Origin: PVC group bacterium
Lineage (GTDB): Bacteria; GCA-001730085; JADFSZ01
Assembly: GCA_022560555.1 (NCBI GenBank)
Contig: JADFSZ010000067.1
Coordinates: forward strand, 1-8,767
DNA length: 8,767 nt
Direction of reading: 5' to 3'
Notes under the pieces: model-generated
Seen by the model: the letters and a program-made list of their open reading frames with translations, nothing else
Told to the model about the DNA's origin: nothing
Database searches by the model: none
Translations under genes and position numbers: made by a program
In this document: one piece after another, positions 1 through 8,007 of the stretch
Layout of the letters: the number at the start of each line of letters is the position of its first letter
Position numbering within the stretch: the first letter of the stretch is position 1

Positions 1-556
1 CCGCATAGAATTTTTTTAATATACTCTCTGTCCGTTTGTTGGCCGGATAGGGGCGGTTCATGTTAAGCACAAAACGTGTTCTGGGGAAAAGCGAGGCCCC
101 TAATTCCAGGAGTTCCCTATCAAAACTTAATATGAACGCTTTTTGATTGAGGTTATATCGATTCATCAGCGTTTTAATGTTCCGCAGCGCTTTCTCTTTT
201 TGTTTTTTTGTTAAAAGAGAATAGGATTTTAGCTCTATCAGCCAATGCGTTTTTGATCCTAGGGCCTTGAGAACGCATCCTAAGTCCGGAATGCCAGGAT
301 CTGAGATGTGTTTTTGAATATCCGCGTACGTAAGATGGGAGATTTCTTGTTTTTTTTGGCCGATTATTTTTAATGTCCGATCATGAAATACAACGGGCGT
401 GAAATCCCTGCTCCATTGAACATCGAGCTCAATACCGTCCGCGCTCTCTCTCACCGCTTGCCGGAATGAAATCATACTGTTTTCCGGATATTTTTCAGAG
501 GCCCCGCGGTGAGCTACGATCCAAGGCATTTTCATATTCGGGCTTAGTTTCTTCAT
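1..556 (-). CDS. Glycerophosphodiester phosphodiesterase (GDPD family), 3'-partial; the C-terminus continues beyond the left edge
   Basis: Hand translation of the minus strand from ATG 556..554 gives MKKLSPNMKMPWIVAHRGASEKYPENSMISFRQAVRESADGIELDVQWSRDFTPVVFHDRTLKIIG... The frame is open to base 2 (185 codons, no stop). The AHRGAS, PEN, GxD-IELDV and HD motifs are the GDPD catalytic/metal-binding signature. The ORF is missing from the supplied track only because it has no stop inside the window. The start could instead be the ATG 21 or 27 nt downstream (MKMPW / MPW). No clear SD precedes any of the three. Confidence 0.85.
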   Translation of the reverse strand, partial: MKKLSPNMKMPWIVAHRGASEKYPENSMISFRQAVRESADGIELDVQWSRDFTPVVFHDRTLKIIGQKKQEISHLTYADIQKHISDPGIPDLGCVLKALGSKTHWLIELKSYSLLTKKQKEKALRNIKTLMNRYNLNQKAFILSFDRELLELGASLFPRTRFVLNMNRPYPANKRTESILKKFYA

Positions 557-575
557 AAGTGATTCATATTATACT

Positions 576-1970
576 CTAAGCATGAAGGATTTTCTCAACC
601 CAGTTTTTCCATTGGGGATACTTTTGTTTTAAATAACAATTCTTTAATGCAGGTTCAATCGTCCGGTGTTTTGGAAGTCCCCATTTTTTTGTCGAAAACA
701 TTTGATGAGCTGCCCCTAAGAGAGTTGTTTCTTTTTCTGCGACAACAAAAATCGGGCGGCCCAGCAATTCGGCCAAACCCCCAGCCAACATCGGCTCGCC
801 AGAAAGGCCTCCCGAGAAAAACACACGCGTGTCCGGGGAATTCGTCTCAGTTAGGTCCTGATAGATTTCATAAATCCGAAAAAGAATCCCTTCTAAAATA
901 ATTCGTCGTACGTTTTCCCTCGAGACCCTGTCTTCTTCGATGGAAAGACTCATATTTACATCGGCGCGCCAATGGGGAGCCCCGATTCCCGTGGAATCCG
1001 GCAGACAAAACCCTTCCGGCTGAGGGTCCGTGGCTGCTAATGGAATGGTCTCATGCGGACACGTTGATAACGTTTTTGCGATTCCGTTCATCGTTCCTTC
1101 GAGAGCATACCATTTTTCCGACACAGGGCCCATGAGATACCCGGCAATCCTACGATTTTGATCCCGCTCGGGTTTGATGACAAAACCGCCTGTTCCCAGA
1201 TTGATCGAGATGACATCAGGAAACATTTCCCTAAAACACAAAAGATTCGCGGCTTGATCTGAGAGAGACGCTTTCAATGTGGCGCCAAATGCGAGAGAAT
1301 GGTTTTTACGACTCGGTTGAATGGACGGCAAAATCTTTTCCGGCACCCCGAACAATTTACACAATTCCGCGCTCCATGAACATGTACGAATATCAACCAG
1401 ACACGTGCGTGCGGCCATCGTCAAATCCGTCTCGTGAACATTTCCCTTCGTCCATTTCCAGATCAAATATGTGTCCAATGTTCCTAAGAGGCAATCTCCC
1501 TTCTCGGCACACCTTTTCAGTGCGGCATCTTCGGCAAACAAAACGGCTAGTTTCGGCCCAACATAATGGGGGGAAAGCAAAAGGCCGGTAATGTAACCAA
1601 TGCGATCCGACAAATCTTTGTTTTGTTCACACCAGGAATGCGCTCTTCGGTCCTGCCAGGAGATCATCGGGGTAAGAGCTTGTCCCGTACGAGAGTCCCA
1701 TAAAACAAACGTGGATCGTTGTGAGGCCAAACAAACGGAAGGCTGAGGCAATGACTCTTGAATGAGGCTCTTTAGAAGATCGGTGACAATCGTTTCGTAC
1801 TCTAAAATACTGCCTTCACACATCAATTCATTATGATCTAAGTCAGGCGCTTTCTCCTTTTTGACAACGTCAATGGAGGCGTCATCATAAATTCTTGCCG
1901 CCTTGATGACTGTAGACCCTAAATCAATAGAAATTAGATTTGTTTTTTGGTAGTTAAGTTTTGTAACCAG
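576..1970 (-). CDS. FGGY-family carbohydrate kinase, glycerol-kinase-like (start codon unresolved)
   Basis: Track ORF 576..1826 carries GlpK-like blocks: MISWQDRRA, GTLDTYLIWKWTKGNVHETD, SDQAAN, NLGTGGF, YALEGT, GIGAPHW and SGGLSGEP...ETTLLGAA. The same frame stays open upstream to 1997. It encodes the FGGY phosphate-1 motif NLISIDLGSTVIKAA (1940..1896), so the real start lies upstream of 1826. There is no in-frame ATG, GTG or TTG between 1997 and 1826. The 5' end given here is provisional: CTG 1970..1968, preceded by GGGGA (1981..1977) with a 6-nt spacer. The stop is TAG at 578..576. Confidence 0.8.
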   Translation of the reverse strand: MVTKLNYQKTNLISIDLGSTVIKAARIYDDASIDVVKKEKAPDLDHNELMCEGSILEYETIVTDLLKSLIQESLPQPSVCLASQRSTFVLWDSRTGQALTPMISWQDRRAHSWCEQNKDLSDRIGYITGLLLSPHYVGPKLAVLFAEDAALKRCAEKGDCLLGTLDTYLIWKWTKGNVHETDLTMAARTCLVDIRTCSWSAELCKLFGVPEKILPSIQPSRKNHSLAFGATLKASLSDQAANLLCFREMFPDVISINLGTGGFVIKPERDQNRRIAGYLMGPVSEKWYALEGTMNGIAKTLSTCPHETIPLAATDPQPEGFCLPDSTGIGAPHWRADVNMSLSIEEDRVSRENVRRIILEGILFRIYEIYQDLTETNSPDTRVFFSGGLSGEPMLAGGLAELLGRPIFVVAEKETTLLGAAHQMFSTKKWGLPKHRTIEPALKNCYLKQKYPQWKNWVEKILHA

Positions 1971-2006
1971 AACAGGTCCCCGCTCGTTGATCTCATTTTA
2001 TTGAAT

Positions 2007-2035
2007 ATCATAGCGGGGAGAAATTAGAAAAACAA
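2007..2035 (-). promoter_or_regulatory. Putative sigma70-type promoter for the kinase/GDPD transcription unit
   Basis: On the minus strand: TTGTTT (2035..2030), a 17-nt spacer, then TATGAT (2012..2007). The predicted transcription start is near 2000, just upstream of the open kinase frame. Motif match only. Confidence 0.4.
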
Positions 2036-2295
2036 GGAAAACTCAAAAAAGGAGAAGGGAATACGTCCATAGCAATTTTATAGATGTAATACACTGATAA
2101 TAAAGTAATTATATTGACTTCGCCCCTGGCCTTCATCTCGGACTTTCTCAATACATTCACCATGTTTTAGGCAAACCTCACGTATTTTGGCCTTTTTTCC
2201 GGAAAATTTGATCTGAAAAAGACTCTTGCTCTCAAGTTGGGCTATAGAGTACACTGTCTCACTGGAAGTCGAAATTCACAATGCCACACTGATAC

Positions 2296-2301
2296 AAGGA
2301 G
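2296..2301 (+). promoter_or_regulatory. Shine-Dalgarno sequence of the GST gene
   Basis: AAGGAG lies 6 nt upstream of ATG 2308. Confidence 0.6.
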
Positions 2302-2307
2302 TTCGTC

Positions 2308-2967
2308 ATGTTAAAGATTTACGGAATTGATTTATCCTCACCCGTTAACAAAGTTCGTTTTGTAGCCAATGCCCTTGGGCTTTCGTACGAGTTTGTCCGT
2401 GTCAATATTATGGCCGGAGAAACTCAAACAGAAAGTTATCTCAAAATGCATCCGGCGGGAAAAATTCCGGTCATAGATGACGATGGCTTTATTCTCTTTG
2501 AAAGTACAGCCATTGCTAAATATCTCATTGCAAAAAACAATTCGGATTTGTATCCGTCAGAATTAAAGGCCATAGCCCTCGAAGATCAGTGGATTGATTT
2601 TGGATCTTTTCACATCGGTACGGCCATGACTCGTGTGACGTTCAATCGTGTGCTTGCACCCATCATTAATGCCCCTGTGGATACGCAATCTCTTAAAGAC
2701 GGATTAGCTTTTCTTGATCGGTTTCTTCCGATTGTAGAGACGCAATTAAGCAAAAATAAATTTCTGACAGGAGAAAAAATGTCACTAGCGGATATCAATC
2801 TCTTGTCGATTCTGGATCCGGCTGAAGCGGGAGACGTCAATTTATCCGGATATCAAAACTTAACGAAGTGGCGTGAAAATTTGATGTCTCAAGAGTTTTA
2901 CACAAAATGTCACAAAAGTTTTACGGATGTTCTTCAGGCCATGAAAGCAAGCCTTCAGAAAACCTAA
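2308..2967 (+). CDS. Glutathione S-transferase family protein (Ser-type N-terminal motif)
   Basis: 219-aa ORF with a strong SD. The N-terminal thioredoxin-like GST fold is indicated by IYGIDLSSPVNKVRFV, HPAGKIPVIDDDGFILFESTAIAKYL (cis-Pro and the ES-x-AI glutathione-binding motif). The C-terminal helical domain carries FLTGEKMSLADINL (N-capping box region). The stop is TAA at 2965..2967. Confidence 0.9.
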   Translation: MLKIYGIDLSSPVNKVRFVANALGLSYEFVRVNIMAGETQTESYLKMHPAGKIPVIDDDGFILFESTAIAKYLIAKNNSDLYPSELKAIALEDQWIDFGSFHIGTAMTRVTFNRVLAPIINAPVDTQSLKDGLAFLDRFLPIVETQLSKNKFLTGEKMSLADINLLSILDPAEAGDVNLSGYQNLTKWRENLMSQEFYTKCHKSFTDVLQAMKASLQKT

Positions 2968-2986
2968 AATAACGAGGAGCTTCTGA

Positions 2987-4441
2987 TCATGACTTATTTT
3001 TGGATTCCCGCTTGGACTCAGTAATCATTTGCTGAATGGCGATGCGTATACTCGAGACAAATCCCTCGTCGGCCAAATAATTTTCTCCCCGCGGCATAAT
3101 ACGAAAAGAATAGAATGGAGCGCTGTCATCGGTTTTGGGACCGATAATGAATGTTACTGTTTCTTCTTTCTTGACAAGGGAAATCTTAAACACGGGCTTC
3201 TCTTCATGATTCACGTCAGTACCTGCCTGCAATTTGATATTTTTGAAAGCGTTGATGAGTGCCTCCGGAAGAACATCTGAAATTTCTTTTTTCTCATTGA
3301 TCATCCAAGCCATAACCGGCGGGGGCTCTTCAGCCGTATCGGGACGATCAAGAGTTTTTTCGAATTTTCTCAATTCGAGTTTTTTCCTTTGCTCTAAATC
3401 TTCAATAAGAAAGCCTTCGATATCATCGACATTTACACCCAAAGGATTATCGATAAAAAACGTTCCGTCCTGAACGAAAAGAGCCTCTAAAGTTGATTTG
3501 GCAACAACAAACGCGCACGATATTCCCGACACCTCAACAAATTGGCCTCCGCTCTCCTTATCAACACCTCCGATGACTAGCGTTAGATCCTCATTATTGT
3601 CCATGCTCAACGTTAAAATATCCTTAGAATCACCACTATCAATTTCTTCAAGAGCGACAATTTTAAGCGCTCTCAAATTTGCGATTTTTTCAATATAGTT
3701 CTTTACTTTGGTCGCATCTATTGAAAGAGAGTAAGAATTTTTGAAGCCCCATTTACGGCGGCCGTCAACTTTCTCACTTATAATATTTAAACGATTTTTG
3801 AGATTTTTGTCTACATACGATACACTCAAAATATTTTTTGTGTTGATCGAAAGAACTTTCTTGTCCACCCAGAGGTCGTAATTGAGGTTTCCCACCTCAA
3901 CGGAGCCATAGAAACCCAACGGTAAAAGAAGATTGCTGTCGACATAATACACGTCTTCGGATCCCGCGAAGCGCACAAAATTTCCCTTCCATCCCACTCT
4001 CTTTGTTCCGACAATGAGATGCTTTGGGCTGCCGGTAAGCCAACCTAACTCAATATGAATACCTGCCTCGTCTGTAATTCCATAATCATCAAAAACAACT
4101 GAAGCGCTTGATCGGAGCTCTCCTTCTAGCTGATCTATCAGGGCTATGAGAGTGGTTAATTTTGAATCTATGACAGGCAGTCCGTAATACCCTTCGGCGA
4201 TCCAGGAGTCATCTTTTTTAAGGAAACGAAGTGTTTTTTCCGTCCCTTCTTCAGACGTTATGCTTGTGTCCCGCATGGAAATTGAAATGGCTGTTAATAC
4301 GCCCAAAGATAATTGTTCTTTAATAATATCCGTTTTCTCTTCAAAAGCGAGTCTCTCCGGTTCCATGCCCTTTTTGGCAAATACCATAACGAGAAGACCC
4401 GCAAACAACACCGTCAAGATGATCAAATGTTTAGATTTCAT
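2987..4441 (-). CDS. Membrane-anchored DUF4340-like protein, third gene of the ABC operon
   Basis: This is track ORF 2987..4525 trimmed to ATG 4441..4439. That ATG overlaps the upstream TGA stop (ATGA at 4441..4438) and yields MKSKHLIILTVLFAGLLVMVFAKK, an N-terminal signal-anchor helix. The periplasmic body is beta-rich, with patterns I associate with DUF4340 (DDSWIAEGYYGLPVIDSKLTTLIALIDQL; FAGSEDVYYVDSNLL). Its position directly after a GldG-type gene is the usual DUF4340 context. The family assignment is from memory and context, not from a search. Confidence 0.7.
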   Translation of the reverse strand: MKSKHLIILTVLFAGLLVMVFAKKGMEPERLAFEEKTDIIKEQLSLGVLTAISISMRDTSITSEEGTEKTLRFLKKDDSWIAEGYYGLPVIDSKLTTLIALIDQLEGELRSSASVVFDDYGITDEAGIHIELGWLTGSPKHLIVGTKRVGWKGNFVRFAGSEDVYYVDSNLLLPLGFYGSVEVGNLNYDLWVDKKVLSINTKNILSVSYVDKNLKNRLNIISEKVDGRRKWGFKNSYSLSIDATKVKNYIEKIANLRALKIVALEEIDSGDSKDILTLSMDNNEDLTLVIGGVDKESGGQFVEVSGISCAFVVAKSTLEALFVQDGTFFIDNPLGVNVDDIEGFLIEDLEQRKKLELRKFEKTLDRPDTAEEPPPVMAWMINEKKEISDVLPEALINAFKNIKLQAGTDVNHEEKPVFKISLVKKEETVTFIIGPKTDDSAPFYSFRIMPRGENYLADEGFVSSIRIAIQQMITESKRESKNKS

Positions 4442-6972
4442 GTTGGACTTCCCGAAAATTCTGCAAGATTGGATAAATAAATCTTTTTTTCCTTCCTTCG
4501 CCGAAGAACACGTAAGAGACCACACACGGCAACAACAACAGGAACAAGAAGAATAGTCAAAAACCTGTACCAGAGCTTTTGCGCTTTATCAACCTTTTTG
4601 ATTCTTCTCTCCTGCGTTTTGTGTCCTCGAATATTGATGAGTTCTCCGCCCAAAGTGATGGCATCAATGCTATTCATAAAAAACGCGAGCATATCTTTGG
4701 ATTTGATAAAATTTTCTTCAAACATTTTTGAGCAACCTACTACAATCAATTTTCCGGGATTGAGTTCGATAGGATTTTTTTCTTCCGTGATCGACTCAAA
4801 GCTTTCATCGTCCGTTAAATCCGGTTTTTCGTCTTGAGGCCAAGGAGGGACATCTTGATCCTGATACACATCCGGAAACTGGCCCTCGACCATACAAGAC
4901 AGAACAAACGGCCCCTGTTCATCTCCCGTTTTCATATCCAGATCGCTCTGCATAAGCGGCCGGTTAAGAAAATTCGCCTTCCAACTAGACTTACTGGACG
5001 TAAAAAGTGTTTTTGCCGAGAGATTCAGGCCCTTGATTTTTTCGTCATTAAGATCAATGGAAGATCCCCAAAGATAAAACAAACTTGAAACCACGTTCGT
5101 TACCGAGACATCCTTATTGACAAATTCATCAAGAATAGAAATCTGCACGGGCACCTGAACCGGAATTGAAACGGCAAACGGCCCTAAACGCGCAGCTCCG
5201 GAGATGTTAATCACTTCCGAGTTTTCATCAAAAAGAAGTTGATCTGAAAGGCCAAGTCCATATTCCTCTAACAATTCATTCACGCCGATTTCGATTTCCC
5301 GCGGCACAATCGAAATTCCACGGCCCCCGGACGGGTTGTATTCATAAACGTATCTTTGAGCGGCTAAAAACACATTGCCGCCTGACGCGAGAAACCGGCT
5401 AATTTCATAACGCTGACGTTCATTGAAATCAATCGGCGACACAATCACAAGCGTGTCCGTACCCGCAGGAATAGGGTCATCCTTTGTCAGACGCACCCGG
5501 GCATAATCATATTCTTCATAACGTAGAGCGGCTTCCAAAACACTAAAATCATCCTTGATATATTGTCCTGCCGGAACCGCCTGCCCCAACTGGGCCAAAA
5601 GGGCTTTCATTTGCGGATCAAGCTGTTGCTCTTCAAACGGAGCAATGAGAACAACTTTAGGAACACGCTCCAAGGTCATCCGGTAAATGCGGGATACAAG
5701 CTCATACTCAAAATTGTCCAATGTTTGCGGAACTACACGTGCGATAATCTGTTCTGGCTTTTCCTTGTACGCAATAGAAAGCGCGGAATAAATCAGCTTA
5801 ATTCCTATTTCGTCCTCTTCGATACTCTGCACTTGGAACGGATTGATTCCTTTTTCAAGTAGCTGCATTTCAAAAGAGGCTGTTTCTGTCTGTTCTCCTT
5901 GGGATGCAGGGCGCTGAACATTCGCGGATTCCAAATAATATGTCTTGAATTTCAGTTTCCCCTTTGATACGACTTTGAGTTCATCCAGTTTATCAACAAC
6001 GTCCTGCTCGAGAGTTTTGAAAGCCGTCGGCATCTTTGCTCTCGGAGACACATAGAATTTAACGGTAACAGGAGCTTTCAATTTTTCTAAAATGGACTTT
6101 GTCGATGAAGACACGGTATAGATTTTATTTTCCGTGAGATCAAACCGTCCTAAGGACACATCCAATATCAGGGTGTTCACCAGAATCGCGCTTCCAAGCC
6201 CGACCACAACAGCACCTCCAAAAAGCAGCTTGGCTTTTGGTCGCATACGGTCCTCAAGTCCCAAAACATTTAAAACGAGAAAAATCGTGGTCATAACGAA
6301 AAAGTAGATGATATCACGCACATCCACGACACCTTTTTCAAATCCCGAAAAATGTTTTGTCATCCCTAAATTATCTTTTAAAAATGTTCCTACGCCGGAG
6401 ATCCATCCATCAATCGTTTGTGCCATAAAATCCAAGCCCGAGAGATAAAAGAAAAAGCAGGCCATCATCGACAAAATAAAAGCTACGATTTGATCTCGGC
6501 AGATTCCTGAAATAAATATTCCTAAAGCAAGATAGAAAGCCCCGACCAAAACAGCTCCAATATATCCCCCTACGATGGGACCCAAATCCGGCTCCCCAAT
6601 TAAAACCAGCATCACTGGAATGAGCAGTGTCCCGGCTAGTGAGAAGAGATAAAAAAGCAAACTCGCAAAATATTTTCCTAAAACAAGTTGCGATGTCCTC
6701 ATAGGGAACGTCAACAGCAACTCGAGGGTATTGCCTTTACGCTCTTCCGCCCAGAGCCTCATTGTCATGGCCGGTAAAAATACTGACAGGATAATGGGCA
6801 GCAATGAAAAAAAGTTTCTCATATCAGCCCGGCCGGCAAGAAAAAAGTAAGTCATATACATACTCGCGCTCAGCACCACGAACACGATGGTAAAAATATA
6901 CGCGATCGGCGAATTAAAATAAGCTGAAATTTCACGTTTTAATATTGTTAGTAAATTCCCGCGCTTGGCCAT
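4438..6972 (-). CDS. Fused ABC-2 type permease (GldF-like, about aa 1-240) and GldG-type ABC auxiliary component (about aa 245-844)
   Basis: 844-aa ORF. The N-terminal part reads MAKRGNLLTILKREISAYFNSPIAYIF...AEERKGNTLELLLTFPMRTSQLVLGKYFA...HFSGFEKGVVDVRDIIYF, with about 6 hydrophobic helices, which matches GldF/ABC-2 permeases. An anchor helix (LLFGGAVVVGLGSAILVNTLIL) follows. Next comes GRFDLTENKIYTVSSSTKSILEKLKAPVTVKFYVS and a large soluble domain typical of GldG. A C-terminal helix (LWYRFLTILLVPVVVAVCGLL) and a basic tail end the protein. The start ATG 6972 lies 3 nt after the ATPase stop. The stop is TGA at 4440..4438. Confidence 0.9.
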   Translation of the reverse strand: MAKRGNLLTILKREISAYFNSPIAYIFTIVFVVLSASMYMTYFFLAGRADMRNFFSLLPIILSVFLPAMTMRLWAEERKGNTLELLLTFPMRTSQLVLGKYFASLLFYLFSLAGTLLIPVMLVLIGEPDLGPIVGGYIGAVLVGAFYLALGIFISGICRDQIVAFILSMMACFFFYLSGLDFMAQTIDGWISGVGTFLKDNLGMTKHFSGFEKGVVDVRDIIYFFVMTTIFLVLNVLGLEDRMRPKAKLLFGGAVVVGLGSAILVNTLILDVSLGRFDLTENKIYTVSSSTKSILEKLKAPVTVKFYVSPRAKMPTAFKTLEQDVVDKLDELKVVSKGKLKFKTYYLESANVQRPASQGEQTETASFEMQLLEKGINPFQVQSIEEDEIGIKLIYSALSIAYKEKPEQIIARVVPQTLDNFEYELVSRIYRMTLERVPKVVLIAPFEEQQLDPQMKALLAQLGQAVPAGQYIKDDFSVLEAALRYEEYDYARVRLTKDDPIPAGTDTLVIVSPIDFNERQRYEISRFLASGGNVFLAAQRYVYEYNPSGGRGISIVPREIEIGVNELLEEYGLGLSDQLLFDENSEVINISGAARLGPFAVSIPVQVPVQISILDEFVNKDVSVTNVVSSLFYLWGSSIDLNDEKIKGLNLSAKTLFTSSKSSWKANFLNRPLMQSDLDMKTGDEQGPFVLSCMVEGQFPDVYQDQDVPPWPQDEKPDLTDDESFESITEEKNPIELNPGKLIVVGCSKMFEENFIKSKDMLAFFMNSIDAITLGGELINIRGHKTQERRIKKVDKAQKLWYRFLTILLVPVVVAVCGLLRVLRRRKEKKIYLSNLAEFSGSPT

Positions 6973-6975
6973 ATG

Positions 6976-7938
6976 TTAGGATCCTTGAGACGATTGTGAT
7001 CGGTTTTCGGTTAAAAGGGATATAAACGTGTTTTCCAGGCTATAGGGCTTTTCGATTAAGGACTTCACGGCCCAACCTTTTTCCCGGATAATTTGGCTGA
7101 TCTCTTTCCAAATCTCATTTTGTTCAAATGAACTTTGTATTTCAAACGTGGAAAATCCGTCTGCCGAACTTTCCGTGCATTTTACATCTTTCGCATTTCT
7201 CAAACCACTCAGGGCTTGTTTTACTGTTTCATGATTTTCTTGAACGCATAAAACATGCGTACGGTATCGAAGGGCTTTTTGGCCCAATTCTTCGCGTGTC
7301 CCGCTTGAAATGATCGTCCCGTTATTGATAATGACGATTCTGTCCGCGATCGCGTCGACTTCTTGAAGTATATGCGTAGAAAAAATAATGGTTTTTTCCG
7401 AGGCCAATTCCTTAATCAGCTTTCGAATCTCCACAATCTGCAATGGATCAAGACCTGAGGTCGGCTCATCCAAAATCAGAATATCCGGATTGTGAATGAG
7501 CGCTTGGGCGAGCCCCACACGCTGCTGGAAGCCTTTGGACAACTCCAGACATGTGTGTTTCCAAACAGAGTTGATGGCACATCTTTCTTTGACCCAACCA
7601 ATCCTTTTTTTCAGTTCAATTCCTTTTAACCCTCTGGCTTTACCAATGAAATTGAGGTAATCATCCACACGCATATCCATATAGAGGGGGGCCGCTTCCG
7701 GTAAATATCCGACCAACTCCCGGACTTTAAGCGCCTCATGTAGAACATCAAATCCTCCCATAATCGCGGTCCCACCCGAGGGATAGATGAACGTCGTTAA
7801 AACTTTCATCAGGGTGGATTTTCCGGCACCGTTCGGACCCAAGAGGCCTAAAATCTCTCCTTTTTTGACGGAAAACGATACATTCACGAGCGCTTTCACG
7901 GGCCCGTAACGCATAGACACTTTTTTAATATCGATCAT
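6976..7938 (-). CDS. ABC transporter ATP-binding protein (GldA-like, ABC-2 subfamily)
   Basis: 320-aa ORF with Walker A GPNGAGKST, signature LSKGFQQRV, Walker B ILILDEPTSGLD and H-loop FSTHIL, plus a roughly 90-aa C-terminal extension. An AGAGGG SD-like element (7955..7950) lies 11 nt upstream of ATG 7938. The stop is TAA at 6978..6976. Confidence 0.95.
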   Translation of the reverse strand: MIDIKKVSMRYGPVKALVNVSFSVKKGEILGLLGPNGAGKSTLMKVLTTFIYPSGGTAIMGGFDVLHEALKVRELVGYLPEAAPLYMDMRVDDYLNFIGKARGLKGIELKKRIGWVKERCAINSVWKHTCLELSKGFQQRVGLAQALIHNPDILILDEPTSGLDPLQIVEIRKLIKELASEKTIIFSTHILQEVDAIADRIVIINNGTIISSGTREELGQKALRYRTHVLCVQENHETVKQALSGLRNAKDVKCTESSADGFSTFEIQSSFEQNEIWKEISQIIREKGWAVKSLIEKPYSLENTFISLLTENRSQSSQGS

Positions 7939-8007
7939 AGACGTATTTACCCTCTGGACTTGCGGATGAAACCCATTTTATATAGACACAACTCTTTTAA
8001 GAGCAGA

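Noticed and set aside
1934-1951. Programmed -1 ribosomal frameshift on ACC-AAA-AAA-C joining ATG 1996 to the kinase frame
   Set aside because: The P-site re-pairing would be AAA to CAA, which is imperfect. The run is only six A residues, and I could not find a stable stem-loop or an internal SD at the right distance. A homopolymer indel or a non-canonical start is more economical. I kept it as a minor alternative in the finding.
2000-2165. 55-codon minus-strand ORF (MVNVLRKSEMKARGEV...) in the kinase/GST divergent intergenic region
   Set aside because: It runs through the predicted kinase promoter. It has no RBS and an unremarkable composition, and it is below any length where coding can be argued from sequence alone.
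2195-2206. Perfect 12-bp palindrome TTTTCCGGAAAA about 100 bp upstream of the GST start
   Set aside because: A 6-bp-arm palindrome is expected by chance about twice in a window of this size. There is no second copy and no adjacent regulator gene, and I could not define a convincing GST promoter that it would overlap.
2955-2986. TCAGAA-20 nt-TTCTGA repeat in the 19-bp gap between the converging GST and DUF4340 stops, considered as a bidirectional terminator
   Set aside because: The stem is only 6 bp and AT-rich with a 20-nt loop, and neither side has a flanking T-tract. It is too weak to call. Termination signals for both units remain unidentified.
4442-4525. 28-codon N-terminal extension of the DUF4340-like ORF (MWSLTCSSAKEGKKDLFIQSCRIFGKSN)
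   Set aside because: It would overlap the 3' end of the permease-GldG gene by 88 nt. The internal ATG at 4441 forms an ATGA stop/start overlap and begins directly with a signal-anchor sequence, which is the more plausible start.
647-5862. Track ORFs antisense to the large genes: 647..901, 1277..1591, 2610..2840, 3029..3280, 3234..3473, 3498..3698, 3826..4014, 4260..4556, 4598..4837, 4834..5088, 5563..5862. The same applies to 7128..7313.
   Set aside because: Each lies entirely inside, and antisense to or out of frame with, a gene that has clear family motifs. The translations are low-complexity, Ser/Arg/Leu/Phe-rich, and show no recognisable motif or RBS. These are the shadow ORFs expected opposite long genes.
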